Below, one piece after another: positions 12,046 through 23,623 of a stretch of DNA of 64,000 nucleotides; the first letter of the stretch is position 1; each line of letters starts with the position of its first letter. The translations under genes and the position numbers were made by a program. The notes below the pieces were generated by a model. That model saw only the letters and a list, made by a program, of their open reading frames with translations, was not told the DNA's origin and did no database searches. The DNA is from Eutreptiella sp. 'Long Island Sound 2002' (Eukaryota > Protista > Euglenida): NCBI GenBank assembly GCA_964036045.1, contig OZ038378.1, forward strand, positions 188,666,001-188,730,000, given 5' to 3'.

Positions 12046-13110
12046 TAGAGGGGGGGGTGTTGGGCCCAGTTCTTGTATGCGAACCCCCCGCCCCTTTTTG
12101 GTTTTGAGAGATAGCGGTGCCACTGGTGTGGGGCGCAACCACCGTTGGTCTCACTCAGTCTCACTAATCTCATTGAAGGGGTTTGAGCTACTCATAGGGT
12201 AGGCATCAATAAGATCCCATCGTTAGGACCGCCGAGAGATTAATGGTTTGTCACATTGTAGTTGTACAGTATAACCGGGTCGGCAATAGTGCACAATTGG
12301 AGTTTGCTCGGCCCCTCAAATGTGGGTTTTGCTCTGATTTACAGCACATTGCGGTCTTCGACAATCTACAACATATGTGTCTTTGTCACCCAGGTTGGGT
12401 TTTGTTTTCGGTACCGCCCCAATATATCGAACTCACCATCCCCCTCCCCGCCATTCCTCCCCCCCTTCCCCCCCCTGTACAACAACGGAGAGGCCATTCG
12501 GGTGTGGTGCCCTCTAGGCCCCCTCGTCTACGCGGGCTGTAGCGCCGCAGCCTGTGCAGCTAGCACCAGTGGCACCCAGGGCAGGGAAGCACTCTGTGCA
12601 CCCTTCAGCCCCTCCACCTGCCGGCGGTATGCCCTCGGTTGTGGGGAGCAAAACCCACCCCATGTGGCAGCACCACCTGTGCTAAAGGCAGTCAAGGAGT
12701 GCGGGTCTGACCCCAATCGTGCCACGTACCACTGCCTTCCCGTGCAGACAGGCAGTTGTGGAGCAGTTGGGCAGCTTCTGACGTGGAGGTTGCGAGCCCA
12801 GGCTAACATCTCCCCCGGCGGGCTCAGCGTCAGGCTCTCCAGCCTCCCTGCCGGGGCCTAGAGCACGAGGCACACACACCCCCCCCCCCCCTCCCCTCAG
12901 ACACACAAGGGCACATACACACTGGCATGGCGGCATCTCCCGCCCGCGAGCGCCACTGCGGGGTCTGGGGGTGGTCAACACTCCGGTAGGCCTTGTGACC
13001 GGACACCCGGGTACGGCCGCCCAGTCGGGTCGTGCAGGGAAGGCGGTGCAGACCCCGGGTTGGCGACCAGGTGAGGCCTTGACCCAACCCAACCCAACCC
13101 AACCCAACGC
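12046..13110 (+). mobile_element. Diverged partial member of the hAT/MITE family of 18399-23615
   Basis: 12046-12125 resembles the left end at 18399-18480. ~12685-13060 resembles the GC-rich interior at ~23105-23510 (GGCAGTCAAGGAG.GCGGGTC; GGCGGCATCT.CCGCCC). Ends in CCCAA repeats. Confidence 0.6.
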
Positions 13111-13872
13111 TCCCTATACATTCCTGATGTGGCAGCAGGCCATCGCTTGTATTTTTTTTTTGCAAGAACCTCAAGCACCACCCAACCTGGAAAACAGCAT
13201 CTGCAAATGTGGGCCGGGGGGCAAGGCATTCAGCTTGACCCAAGGTTCTTGCCTTGGTTGCAACTGGGACCCATCCCGTGGAAGACATGCGTGTTCTTGG
13301 CATTGTCTTGCAAGGCTTTCTCATTGCTAAAGAAACACGCACTAGTGCCAACCCCTCAACATGAGTTGCTGCCACAAATGCTGGCTAGCGTGTCATTTTT
13401 TCGAGATACACACCAAAATACATACCATAGCCCATCTTTCATCTGATGTGGCGTGACGATCATCAGTGTCCTACATGAAACATTTTCACAACGGGAATTT
13501 CTGCCCAAGACATGGGCTCTAGTGTATATCATGGCATTGCAGAACATTGCACAACATGGCACAATTGGCTCTGCCCCCCGCCCACCTCAGGAAGCAAGCA
13601 CGATGTTTTGGATGGAGTGGAACCAAAGGCCCATGCTTCCTTGCCTCTCCTCTCTAACACCGCAGCCGCCATGACAGGAACTAAAGGTGTGGAAGGCATG
13701 GGCCAAACTACGTGCACCCCCCAATGATAAGTTGTTTATGCGGTTGGGCAAATGAGGGAGCGCTCACCTGACGTGTGTCCCACCCAGGGCGGTCCTTAAG
13801 GAACCAGAATTCTTTTTTGTTAAGGACCGCCCTGAAGGAGCGCCCTCACGGGCCTTTTTGCACTGGCCTGAC

Positions 13873-14432
13873 GTGGACCATTTTTGTCCCCCGTTTTGGG
13901 GACCCCCAAGAATGCAGGGGTGATATAGCATTTCCGCCCTCTTTTGGGCCCCGGAGAAGGCAAGGGCGAGGCAACCAATTCTGATTTTGTCCCCCTTTGT
14001 TGGGGACCGCCGAGAATGCAGCGGTGATGTAGCAGTTCCACCCACTTGTGGGCCCCCGAGAAGGTAGGGGTGAGGCAGCCAATTCTGATTTTGTTCCCTT
14101 TTGTTGGGGATCCCCAAGAATGCAGGGGTGACGTAGCATTTCCGCCCTCTTTTCAGCCCCCGAGAAGGCAGTGGTGGGGCAGCCAATTCTGATTTTGTTC
14201 GCCTTTGTTGGGGATCCCCAAGAATGCAGGGGTGGCGTAGCATTTCCGCCCTCTTTTGGGCCCCGGAGAAGGCAGGGGTGAGGCAGCCAATTCTGATTTT
14301 GTTCCCTTTTGTTGGGGATCACCAAGAATGCAGGGGTGGCGTAGCAATTCCGCCCACTTGTGGGCCCCGGAGAAGGCAGGGGTGAGGCAGCCAATTCTGA
14401 TTTTGTTCCCCTTTGTTGGGGACCCCCGAGAA
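13873..14432. repeat. 104-bp tandem repeat (~5.5 units) inside the hAT left arm; also dispersed at ~58430-58690, ~59790-60030, ~61340-61410, ~62110-62175
   Basis: AATTCTGATTTTG recurs at 13977, 14081, 14185, 14289, 14393. Confidence 0.93.
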
Positions 14433-14460
14433 CGTGATGTGCCCGCAACTTTTACACACC

Positions 14461-15240
14461 ATGCGTCATGTCATTCTAGGGGGGTGGGAGGAAACGTTGG
14501 GTGTTGAGGTAGGGAGCAACCTCATCAAGGGCAGCCGCGTGAATTTCCTTCATGCTCTAATTGAAAATGTGCAAACACGCTTCTCAATGGGTTGGTAGTG
14601 CTATGGTGGAGGATTGGGTTGAGGCAAGCTCATGTTTGTGTGAGAAAGTGTCCAGCTAGGTGACGGCTTTGGCCAGAGCACAGAGCACATGTGTGAGATG
14701 TTGTGGATGATGTGCAACGGGGAAGCACCAGAGGACTCGGGGCCGTTTAAGGTGTTCGATGAGCTTCACAAGAGCCCCTTCCGCCCCCGTGAGCGCAAGC
14801 AAGGGCATTTGGTTGAAGTCGAAGATGGTGGTTTGCTTGGGTTTGCTGCGTTCAAGGATTTGCAAGTTTCTTTGGAAGAGGATGCAGAGGGTGAGGTTCC
14901 ATTGGACATTCAAGATTTGTGGGGTGTCCCCAAGAGGGCAACTCGTGACGCCCATATTGGGGTTGTGTACGGGGTTGGTTGGAGGATGAGGATGAGGATA
15001 CGGACAATGAGGACTCGGACCAGCCGGGTGAAGTCGCCAGTAGCTCCTCTTTTGACCTTCCTAACCCTCCTGCCGTGGTCTCTACGTCCTCTAACGCTGC
15101 CTCCCAATTGGTGTTCATGTATGACGTGGCTGAGGCAGTGGTGAAGGCAATGCAGAGGGGTAGTATGCATGAGTGGACTCATATTGAGTTCAAGGCCATT
15201 TGTAGGAGGCATGGTTTGAGTGTGAAAGGGGCAAAGGGTG
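14461..15240 (+). pseudogene. C-terminal relic of a hAT transposase: hATC dimerisation motif, acidic linker and SAP-like motif (SAP completed after the insert, at 17489-17530)
   Basis: FLHALIENVQTRF; ASSCLCE(K/R)VSS* at 14624 (60226 in the second copy), resembling SS..ER.FS; MCE.LWMMCNG; EDEDEDTD; WTHIEFKAICRRHGLSVKGAKGEVVQ(R/H)V resembles SAP. Confidence 0.7.
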
Positions 15241-15400
15241 CGCGCGGCGCTGATCTGGCATTTTATTTGCGCGTATTCAGCGCGGGCACTTCAGCACTCA
15301 GACCTATTACACTCCCCTCACAAGCTCAAGCATGGTTTCTCTGGTCTGAATCACCTTGCTTGGGCTGAAAAGAAAATGATAGGTCTTAGTGCCTAACCAT

Positions 15401-15421
15401 AAAAAATAGACACTCAGAAAG
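15401..15421 (-). other. Euglenid spliced-leader (SL) relic
   Basis: Reverse complement CTTTCTGAGTGTCTATTTTTT matches 21 consecutive nt of the Euglena gracilis SL exon ACTTTCTGAGTGTCTATTTTTTTTCG (recalled from the literature). It is followed by ATG|GTTAGG. Confidence 0.75.
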
Positions 15422-16700
15422 AAAAAAAGGGTTGGGGAAAAGCCTGAAGTAGTTGAGGCTGACAAAAACCCCATTCCTGGTGAAATGATACAGGGGGTGC
15501 TGTAAACACTCCCCTCACAGAATTGTTCCTAGGGGCAATCCCAAAACTGCAAAGCAATTTCGGAAACTTTCCCCTATTTAAAAACCACAAGTTTGAAAAA
15601 CGCTGCAAAAGTTTCCCAACCTAAGGGGAAAACCCTGCAAGTTTCTCAAAACCCCGGAGTTTCGGAAAAAATGCGTGACACTGCCAAAAATGAGCCATAA
15701 GTGTGTTGGTGTTTTACTTTCCCTGCTGGTTTTGGCTCAACACCAAAATAACAGAAGAAGTTCAACACTGGGCCCTGGCATGCTTCGCAATAAAAAGACA
15801 TGCATATCTGAGTATGTTTGCGCACAAAGAACGTGCAGCGTCCACCGTGTCATCAGGACAGGGCACAGTATGCCCACAAAGGCAGTGGCTGCCCACAGCA
15901 GCACCGTCCCCATAGTGGTCACCGCAAAAGTGTACAAAAAGACAGCGACCAGCCAAAAAAAAAGTCTACTGCACAATGCATACGTATAGGCAGTGCCTTT
16001 AGAAGCACTGCTGAGGCGCAAAAACACCTCTGCGCAAAGTCGAAATTTCACATCCAGTAGATTTCAAGCATAATCTGCCACCACCGCGCCTGCAAAGGCA
16101 GGTCACAGAAGCGCAAAACAAAAATCAGCACCCTTGGTGCTCGTACAGCTCAATGAAAGTGCAAAACTCAGTGAACAAAGGTGGGGCTGAGACCCCAGGT
16201 GGGGTGTCGCAACTGGCGGCGAGGCCAGCGCTGTGAGTGTGGACAAAATGCAAAGACAATCAGACAAAGGTCATTGGTCAGGCTTGGTAGTATCTCTTCA
16301 ATGTCCCTTCACGAGAGGACTTCACGGCTCTTAACCACAGGCTACCCAGGCCGCTCTCGCCAGCGCTCACTCGACCGCGCTCTTGTCAACCAGGGCCATC
16401 ACTGCTAACCGGCACACATCTGACTGCGGCAGCGCGCTCCACGTGCAGGTCGTCGAACACACGTCCCTGGCTGCACTCGCTCCTCAAGACGCAGTCGTTC
16501 CGCGCCAACACACGCCGGCTTTCACGAAGCCCAGCAGTCAGCAGTCGCATCTCAGTAGCAGGCTTCTCAGTTGTAGGCATCAGCGTCAAAGGCACTTGTC
16601 GGGCTTCTGACACGTGCTCGAGGCGCTCACGTGGGCAGGCAGACTTTTAACAAACTTTTCAGGCAATGACAGACAAAGGGCAGTTCAATAAACCTTGCAC

Positions 16701-17033
16701 TCACTTGCGTGATACAACCGGAGCTGACTTTGCACGATTTGAGCCGAAGTTTCTGTTGTGGCGCCGTCCGCGGTGAGTCTTCTTGCGACCAGTTTGCAAA
16801 CGCGGAGGTTGACCTTTGCGAACTTGTTCACGCAATTCCGTTAACTTGTCCTGAGCCTCATTACGCTCGTGGCGCAGCCGCGCCACAGTCTCCTCCAAGT
16901 CACGGACAGTCGCACTCGGCCGCGCGTTTGCATCTTTGAAGTGGTCAACATCAGAGTAGGCAATGTCTCTTTCACGTCGGTATCTCGTGCAGCGCTCACG
17001 CAGTGACTCCTCACCAGCCACACTGCTCGCCAT
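16701..17033 (-). CDS. 110-aa hypothetical coiled-coil protein with a basic C-terminal tail, inside the 2.25-kb element
   Basis: Open ATG-to-stop ORF. Heptad-like TVRDLEETVARLRHERNEAQDKLTELREQV is followed by an R/K-rich tail. No family recognised. Confidence 0.45.
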   Translation of the reverse strand: MASSVAGEESLRERCTRYRRERDIAYSDVDHFKDANARPSATVRDLEETVARLRHERNEAQDKLTELREQVRKGQPPRLQTGRKKTHRGRRHNRNFGSNRAKSAPVVSRK

Positions 17034-17900
17034 AGCAGCGCCGTAGAGTCGCTGCTGCCGGTGACTGAAGCACTGAAGCACTGAAGCACTGAAACACACA
17101 GACCCAATAGACAACAAAAGGCACTCGGATGACCTGTTTTGTAATCAGAACTTACTTGAGCATCTACTTTCTTACCCTGATCTATTGGATCTCCGCCACT
17201 TCAGCACCCGTATCTTCCATAGCACAGCACTGCAATGAAATCCGGAAACTCGTTGTGAGTCGTTGTTCAGCTCTGATCACATGTTAAAACAGGCATCCTG
17301 TGACATGATACACAGAAATGGCACATGGATGCCTATTAATGAAATAATGATAAATCATTGATAATTAACTATTAAAAACAATAGTTTTCATCAACAAAAT
17401 ATTTCACAATGCGCTGTGCGCGCGGCGCTGATCTGGCATTTTATTTGCGCGTATTCAGCGCGGGCACTTCAGCACTCAGACCTATTACAGTTGTGCAGCA
17501 TGTCCAAAGGGTGAGGTTGTGCAGCATGTCCAGTGCCACTTTCACCAGATGTGCTAGTTTTGGAGAGCAAATTCTAGCTGTGCCACCGGCGATGGAACAT
17601 TCGGGTGGTCGAACGCTATGTCACTGCATTTGATGAAAAAAAACATTGCTCCTGTTCTTCTTCAATTGTGCAAGGTGTTTGTTAGGTTGGGAGCGGATGC
17701 TATCACGGAACACATGTGGGGGAAGGAACATGTGGATGAGTGATTGCACACATGTGGGGCTAGGAAGTCATGTTTGAACAGTTAAGAACCCCTGGGTGAA
17801 GGGCTAGGAACCAATGGTTGAACACATGGAGTGACAGTAGGCATTTTTTGGAAAACTTAGTAACGGAACACTCTTTTTTTTCCCGTTAAGGACCGCCCTG

Positions 17901-18390
17901 GTCCCACCAACGCATGCAACGCAGCTATCGGGTCCCCCCTGCTTTTCATTTGATCTTCTTTGGAGTATGTTGCTGTGTCTCTGTCATCACCAAAGAAAAC
18001 ACCGTATCCCCCACCCTTCCAACTTCTTGGTGCAGCTTGGACGACCCATTTGGGTATATGATGTTCCATCCACTCTCTTTGTACACACTCACCACTTGGG
18101 CATGCTTTGCTCGCAGCCTTGCAGTGCTCCCACCTGATCAATTCTGTTGTGGCGTTTTGTTGATGGAAACCATAGTTTCGGGCGTGGAGCAGGATTGTGA
18201 GAGCACCACTCGGGGGTGTTGCAGTATGGTAGATTGTTGCATAGACGTCAAAGCTTCAATCAGTATTGTAGAATGTTGCATAGACGTCAAAGCTTCGATC
18301 AGGCACCTCTATTGGCAGGGTACAGGCTTTATATTCCCTCCAACCCCGCAGTAGTTGGACCTACATGTTCACGAAGAAATTCCATGATAC
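17901..18390 (-). mobile_element. Relic LINE 3' region with RNase H motifs (host of both neighbouring hAT insertions)
   Basis: IIYP(N/D)GSSKLH.E.GRVGGYGVFFGDDRD...AALHALVG. Removing 13785-17908 restores LHALVGHTSGERSLICP. An inverted copy lies at ~59349-59775. Confidence 0.7.
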
Positions 18391-18398
18391 TGTGCACA

Positions 18399-21300
18399 CC
18401 CGGGGGGGCGGCCGGCCCCGGTCCTTGTATGCGACACCCCCCAGCCCCCCCCCCCCCCCAGGTTTTGAAAGATAGTGGTGCCGGGTCGGCCACCAGCAAG
18501 TGTCCCTAGAGAAAACTGTCCGGCGCCGAAGGCGCCAATTTTTTTTTTCATACTATGTGTTTAGACTCAAAATGCTCAAAATTTTGTAGAGAATTCATGT
18601 TTGGGCTACAGGAGGGCTGCAGGCCCTAACAGCAACCCTAGCCCTAACCCTAACCCTAATCAAGACTGAATATTGGGACCGAGCTGGTGGGGGAGGGAAC
18701 ATTAGATATGAATGGTGAGGGACACCAATGAGTTACACATTGAAGGCCGTTGACAGGGTGGAATCAGCTTGCAAGTGATCCCCTTCACCACAAGGCCCAC
18801 TTTCAAGGCTTTTGTGGACTTGTGAGGGGCCAAAATGCCCCAAAATGGGCTCAAAATAGGCTCATTTCACCCGTTTGTGCACCCCAAATGGTCTCGGATG
18901 AGTTTTGGAAAAATGCGTTTTTGACCCATTTTTGACCCATTTTTGGTCCCAAAACAGCGCATCTTCAAGGCATTTTGGGATTTTCGGAGGACCAAAATGG
19001 GCCACCCCAAGCTCAAAACAGTCCAAAAACACTTGTTTTAGCATCACACATGGTCTAGGATCATTTTTGAGAAAAGTCATCTTTTTGCCCCTATTGGACC
19101 CTATTGACCCATTTGGGCTCCCACCTGTTTGGGCTTGAGCTTGCAGCTTGCCGCAGCCTACTGGGCTTGGGTACGGGGGTCTAGGCGTCCATTTGGGCAA
19201 TTTTGAGGGGTGGAAACCACAAAACGAGGGGGGTTGCGGGTGGATTAGGTGCCCTCGGAATCGCGTTTTGAGCCATGTAGCCAAAGATATGGCCTATTCT
19301 TGGTTTGTGGCTGTCGCCAGCCAATCTGCACAAAATTTGGGGCTTGTGGGGGCCTTTTTGGGCCGTTTCCGGGACATATGGTGGAGTCAGAGGGCCGCAA
19401 ATGGCTCGTTGACACAAGAAAGTCAAGCCGCACATGGAGTGCACCCACCCTTTCCCTTTCCTTGGCCGTTTTGAATGGGTTCTAGGGCTCTTTTGGCCCA
19501 AAAATGGCCGTTTTTGGCCCTAAATTGCAGTTTTTGAAACTGAGGTCCGCCACTTGCGACACCCATTCCCGGCCGCCACCGTTGAGTTTCTGGCTCAAAC
19601 TTTGTGTGGTTGTCCCTCACACCCATAGGTATCATCCACCAAAATTTCAGCCGAATGTGAAGCACCACGACGGATGTCTGATTTTTCCCCATTTCGCGCG
19701 TGCTGCTTGCTGCTTGTTGCTGCTTGCTGCTTGCTGCTTGTTGCTGCTGCTGCTAAACCTGGTAGGTCCACCCTAGACCCTAAAAAGGGTTATAAAACCA
19801 AGACTGGTTCCACCAGCTCGGTGACCCTAACCCTAATCAAGACTGAATATTGGGACCGAGCTGGTGGGGGAGGGAACATCAGCTATGACTGGTGAGGGAC
19901 ATCAAGAATGATTCACACATTGATGGGTCTTGACGAAGTGAAATCAGCTTGCAAGTGAACCCCATCACCACGAGGCCCACTTTCAAGGCTTTTTGGACTT
20001 CTGAGGGGCCAAAATGCCCCAAAATGGGCTCAAAATGGGCTCAAAATGGGCTCATTTCACCCGTTTGTGCACCCCAAATGGTCTAGGATGAGTTTTGGAA
20101 AAATGCGGTTTTGACCCATTTTTGACCCATTTTCAGCCCATTTTCAAGGCATTTTGGGATTTTTGGAGGACCAAAATGGGCCACCACAAGCTCAAAACAG
20201 TCCAAAAACACTGGTTTTAGCGTCGCACATGGTCTAGGATCATTTTTGAGAAAAGTCATCTTTTTGCCCCTACTGGACCCTGTTGACCCATTTGGGCACC
20301 CACCTGTTTGGGCTTGAGGTTGCAGCTTGCCGCAGCCTATTAGGCCTAGGTATTGGGGTCTAGGCGTCCGTTTAGGCAATTCTGAGGGGTGGAAACCACA
20401 AAAAGTGGGGGGTTGCGGGTGGCGTAGGTGCCCTCGGAATTGCATTTTGAGCCATGTAGCCAAAGATATGGCCTATTCTTGGTTTGTGGCTGTCGGCATT
20501 TGGAGCTTCAAGGGGCCTTTTTGGGCCGTTTCCGGGACATATCATGGGGTTAGAGGGCCGCAAAGAGCTCGTTGACACGGGGAAGTCAAGACGCACGTGG
20601 AGTGTACCCACCGTTTCCCTTCGTTTTGCCGTTTTGAATGTGTTCGAGGGCTTTTTTGGCCCAAAAATGGCCGTTTTTGGCCCTAAACTGCAGTTTTTGA
20701 AACTGAGGTCTGCCACTTGCGAATCCCGTTCCCGGCCGCCACCGTCGAGTTTCTTGCTCAAACTTTGTGTGATTGTACTTCACACCCATAGGTATCATCC
20801 ACCAAAATTTCAGCCGAATGTGAAGCACCACGATGGAGTTCTGATTTTTCCCCATTTCGCGCGTGCTGCTTGCTGCTTGCTTGCTGCTTGCTGCTAAACC
20901 TAGTAGGTCCACCCTGGACACCAAAAAGGGTAAAAAAACCAAGACTGGTTCCACCAGCTCGGTGACCCTAACCCTAACCCTAGGGCTAATCAAGACTGAA
21001 TATTGGGACCGAGCTGGTGGGGGAGGGAACATCAGCTATGACTAGTGAGGGACATCAAGAATGATTTACACATTGATGGCTCTTGACAAAGTGAAATCAG
21101 CCTGCAAGTGAACCCCATCACCACAAGGCCCACTTTGAAGGCTCTTTGGACTTCTAAGGGGCCAAAATGCCCCAAAATGGGCTCAAAATGGGCTCAAAAT
21201 GGGCTCATTTCACCCGTTTGTGCACCCCAAATGGTCTAGGATGAGGTTTGGAAAAATGCGTTTTTGAGCCATTTTTGACCCATTTTTGGTCACAACACAG

Positions 21301-23615
21301 CCCACTGTCAAGGCATTTTGGGATTTTCGGAGGACCAAACTGGGCCGCCACAAGCTCAAAACGGTCCAAAAACACTTGTTTTAGCGTTGCACATGGTCTA
21401 GGACCATTTTTTAGAAAAGTCATCTTTTTGCCCCTACTGGACCCTGTTGACCCATTTGGGCACCCACCTGTTTAAGCTTGAGCTTGCAGCTTGCCGCAGC
21501 CTAGTGGGCCTAGGTATTGGGGTCTAGGCGTCCGTTTGGGTAATTTTGAGGGGTGGAAACCACAAAAAGTGGGGGGTTGTTGGAGGAGTAGGTGCCCTCG
21601 GAATCCCATTTTGAGCCATGTAGCCAAAGATATGGCCTGTTCTTGGTTTGTGGCTGTCGGCATTTGGAGCTTCTGGGGCCTTTTTGGGCCGTTTCGGGGA
21701 CATATCATGGAGTTAGAGGGCCGCAAAGAGCTCGTTGACACGGGGAAGTCAAGCCGCACGTGCAGTGTACCCGCCATTTCCCTTCGTTTGGCCGTTTTGA
21801 ATGGGTTCCAGGGCTTTTTTAGTCCAAAATTGGCTATTTTTGGCCCTAAACTACAGTTTTTGAAATTGAGGTCCGCGACTTGGGAATCCCGTTCCCGGCC
21901 GCCACCGTTGAGTTTCTGGCTCAAACTTTGTGTGATTGTACTTCACACCCATAGGTATCATCCACCAAAATTTCAGCCGAATTTGAAGCACCACGACAGA
22001 ATTCTGATTTTTAGCCATTTCGCGCGTGCTGCTTGCTTGCTGCTGCTGCTGCTGCTGCTGCTAAACCTAGTAGGTCCACCCTAGACACTAAAAAGGGTTA
22101 TAAAACCAAGACTGGTTCCACCAGCTCGGTGACCCTAACCCTAGGGCTAATCAAGACTGAATATTGGGACCGAGCTGGTGGGGGAGGGAACACCAGCTAT
22201 GACTGGTGAGGGACATCAAGAATGATTCACACATTGATGGGTCTTGACGAAGTGAAATCAGCTTGCAAGTGAACCCCATCACCACAAGGCCCACTTTCAA
22301 GGCTTTTTGGACTTCTGAGGGGCCAAAATGCCCCAAAATGGGCTCAAAATGGGCTCATTTCACCCGTTTGTGCACCCCAAATGGTCTAGGATGAGGTTTG
22401 GAAAAATGCATTTTGGACCTATTTTTGACCCATCTTTGGTCCCAAAACAGCCCATTTTCAAGGCATTTTGGGATTTTCGGAGGACCAAAATGGGCCACCA
22501 CCACCTCAAAACGGTCCAAAAACACTGGTTTTAGCGTCGCACATGGTCTAGGATCATTTTTTCCCTTCGTTTGGCCGTTTTGAATGTGTTCCAGGGCTTT
22601 TTTGGCCCAAAAATGGCTGTTTTTGGCCCTAAAGTGCAGTTTTTGAAACTGAGGTCTGCCACTTGCGAATCCCGTTCCCGGCCGCCACTGTTGAGTTTCT
22701 TGCTCAAACTTTGTGTGATTGTACTTCACACCCATAGGTATCATCCACCAAAATTTCAGCCGAATGTGAAGCACCACGACGGAGTTCTGATTTTTCCCCA
22801 TTTCGCGCGTGCTGCTTGCTTGCTTGCTTGCTGCTTGCTGCTTGCTTGCTGCTGCTAAACGTGGTAGGTCCACCCTAGACACTAAAAAGGGTTATAAAAC
22901 CAAGACTGGTTCCACCAGCTCGGTGACCCTAACCCTAACCCCCCCCCCCCCCCCTCACCCCATCCGACGCCCCTGACCCCCGGCCAGACCCCCCCCCCCG
23001 ACCCCCGGCAGGACCCCCCCCCCCTGACCCCCGGCTTGACACCCCCCTCCCCGACCCCCGGCCGGACCCCCCCCCAACCTGCCCCCCCCCCCCCCCCTGT
23101 GCCAACAGGCAGTCAAGGAGCGCGGGTCCCCCCCAGTCGTGCCCGGCGCACACCCGTCCCCGTGCGTACGCAGTCGTGGGACGGGCGGGCAGCGTGTCTC
23201 TGTGACCAGGAGGATGCGATGCCCTGGCCCACTACTCCCCGGTGGGCTCAGCGTCGGGCTCCCATGGCCTGCCCCACCGGGCCTGGAGCACCAGGCCACA
23301 CTTGCCCCCCACACGCAAGGCCCAGCCCCCGCCCACACCCCTGCCCGCGCGCGCGCCTACACACAGGACGACGGCATCTTCCGCCCACCTGCGCTTCGGT
23401 GTGGTCTGGTGGCTGTCGATAGTCCGCTCGGCCTTGGAACCGGACAGTCAGGTTGTTCAGCCTCGTGGTGGGGCAGGGAAGGAAGCCCACACCCGAGGGC
23501 CTGCTCCTGCATGAGGCCGCCAGCCCAACCCAACACAACCCCCCCCCCCCCCCGAGTTTTGACAGATAGCCGGGGGGTATGTCGCATCAGGACCGGTTGT
23601 AGTCGCCCCCCCGTG
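18399..23615 (+). mobile_element. hAT-type non-autonomous element (5217 bp) swollen by a tandem macro-repeat array
   Basis: 8-bp TSD TGTGCACA (18391-18398, 23616-23623). TIR C(C/A)CGGGGGGGCG(G/A)C, with similarity extending ~40 bp (CCGGTCCT..ATGCGACA). Empty site at 59341-59348. Confidence 0.88.
18634..22940 (+). repeat. Tandem array of ~1.16-kb units (3 full + 1 internally deleted), each junction carrying CCCTAA telomere-type repeats
   Basis: AATCAAGACTGAATATTGGGACCGAGCTGG recurs at 18658, 19835, 20988, 22149 (periods 1177, 1153, 1161). Units end in a GCT/GCTT microsatellite. The fourth unit is deleted at ~22560. Confidence 0.93.
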
Positions 23616-23623
23616 TGTGCACA

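Larger units (their letters stand above)
15241..17488 (-). mobile_element. Unclassified 2248-bp insertion with 74-bp identical direct terminal repeats and no TSD
   Basis: 15238-15311 is identical to 17416-17489. The empty site GGCAAAGGGTG|AGGTTGTGCAGC is present in the sister copy at ~60844-60866. Confidence 0.85.
13785..17900 (+). mobile_element. hAT-superfamily DNA transposon (4116 bp including a nested 2.25-kb insert)
   Basis: Perfect 15-bp TIR CAGGGCGGTCCTTAA (13785-13799 / 17886-17900) and exact 8-bp TSD GTCCCACC (13777-13784, 17901-17908). Confidence 0.93.

Noticed and set aside
13764-14507. Repetitive ORFs (LPHPCILGGPQ...) on both strands, also in the 1.16-kb array and at 58.3-60.1 kb
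   Set aside because: They are artefacts of tandem repeats, with frames not conserved between units.
22927-22960. CCCTAA repeats as a real chromosome end
   Set aside because: Only 2-3 hexamers per tract, with ordinary sequence on both sides, so they are interstitial.
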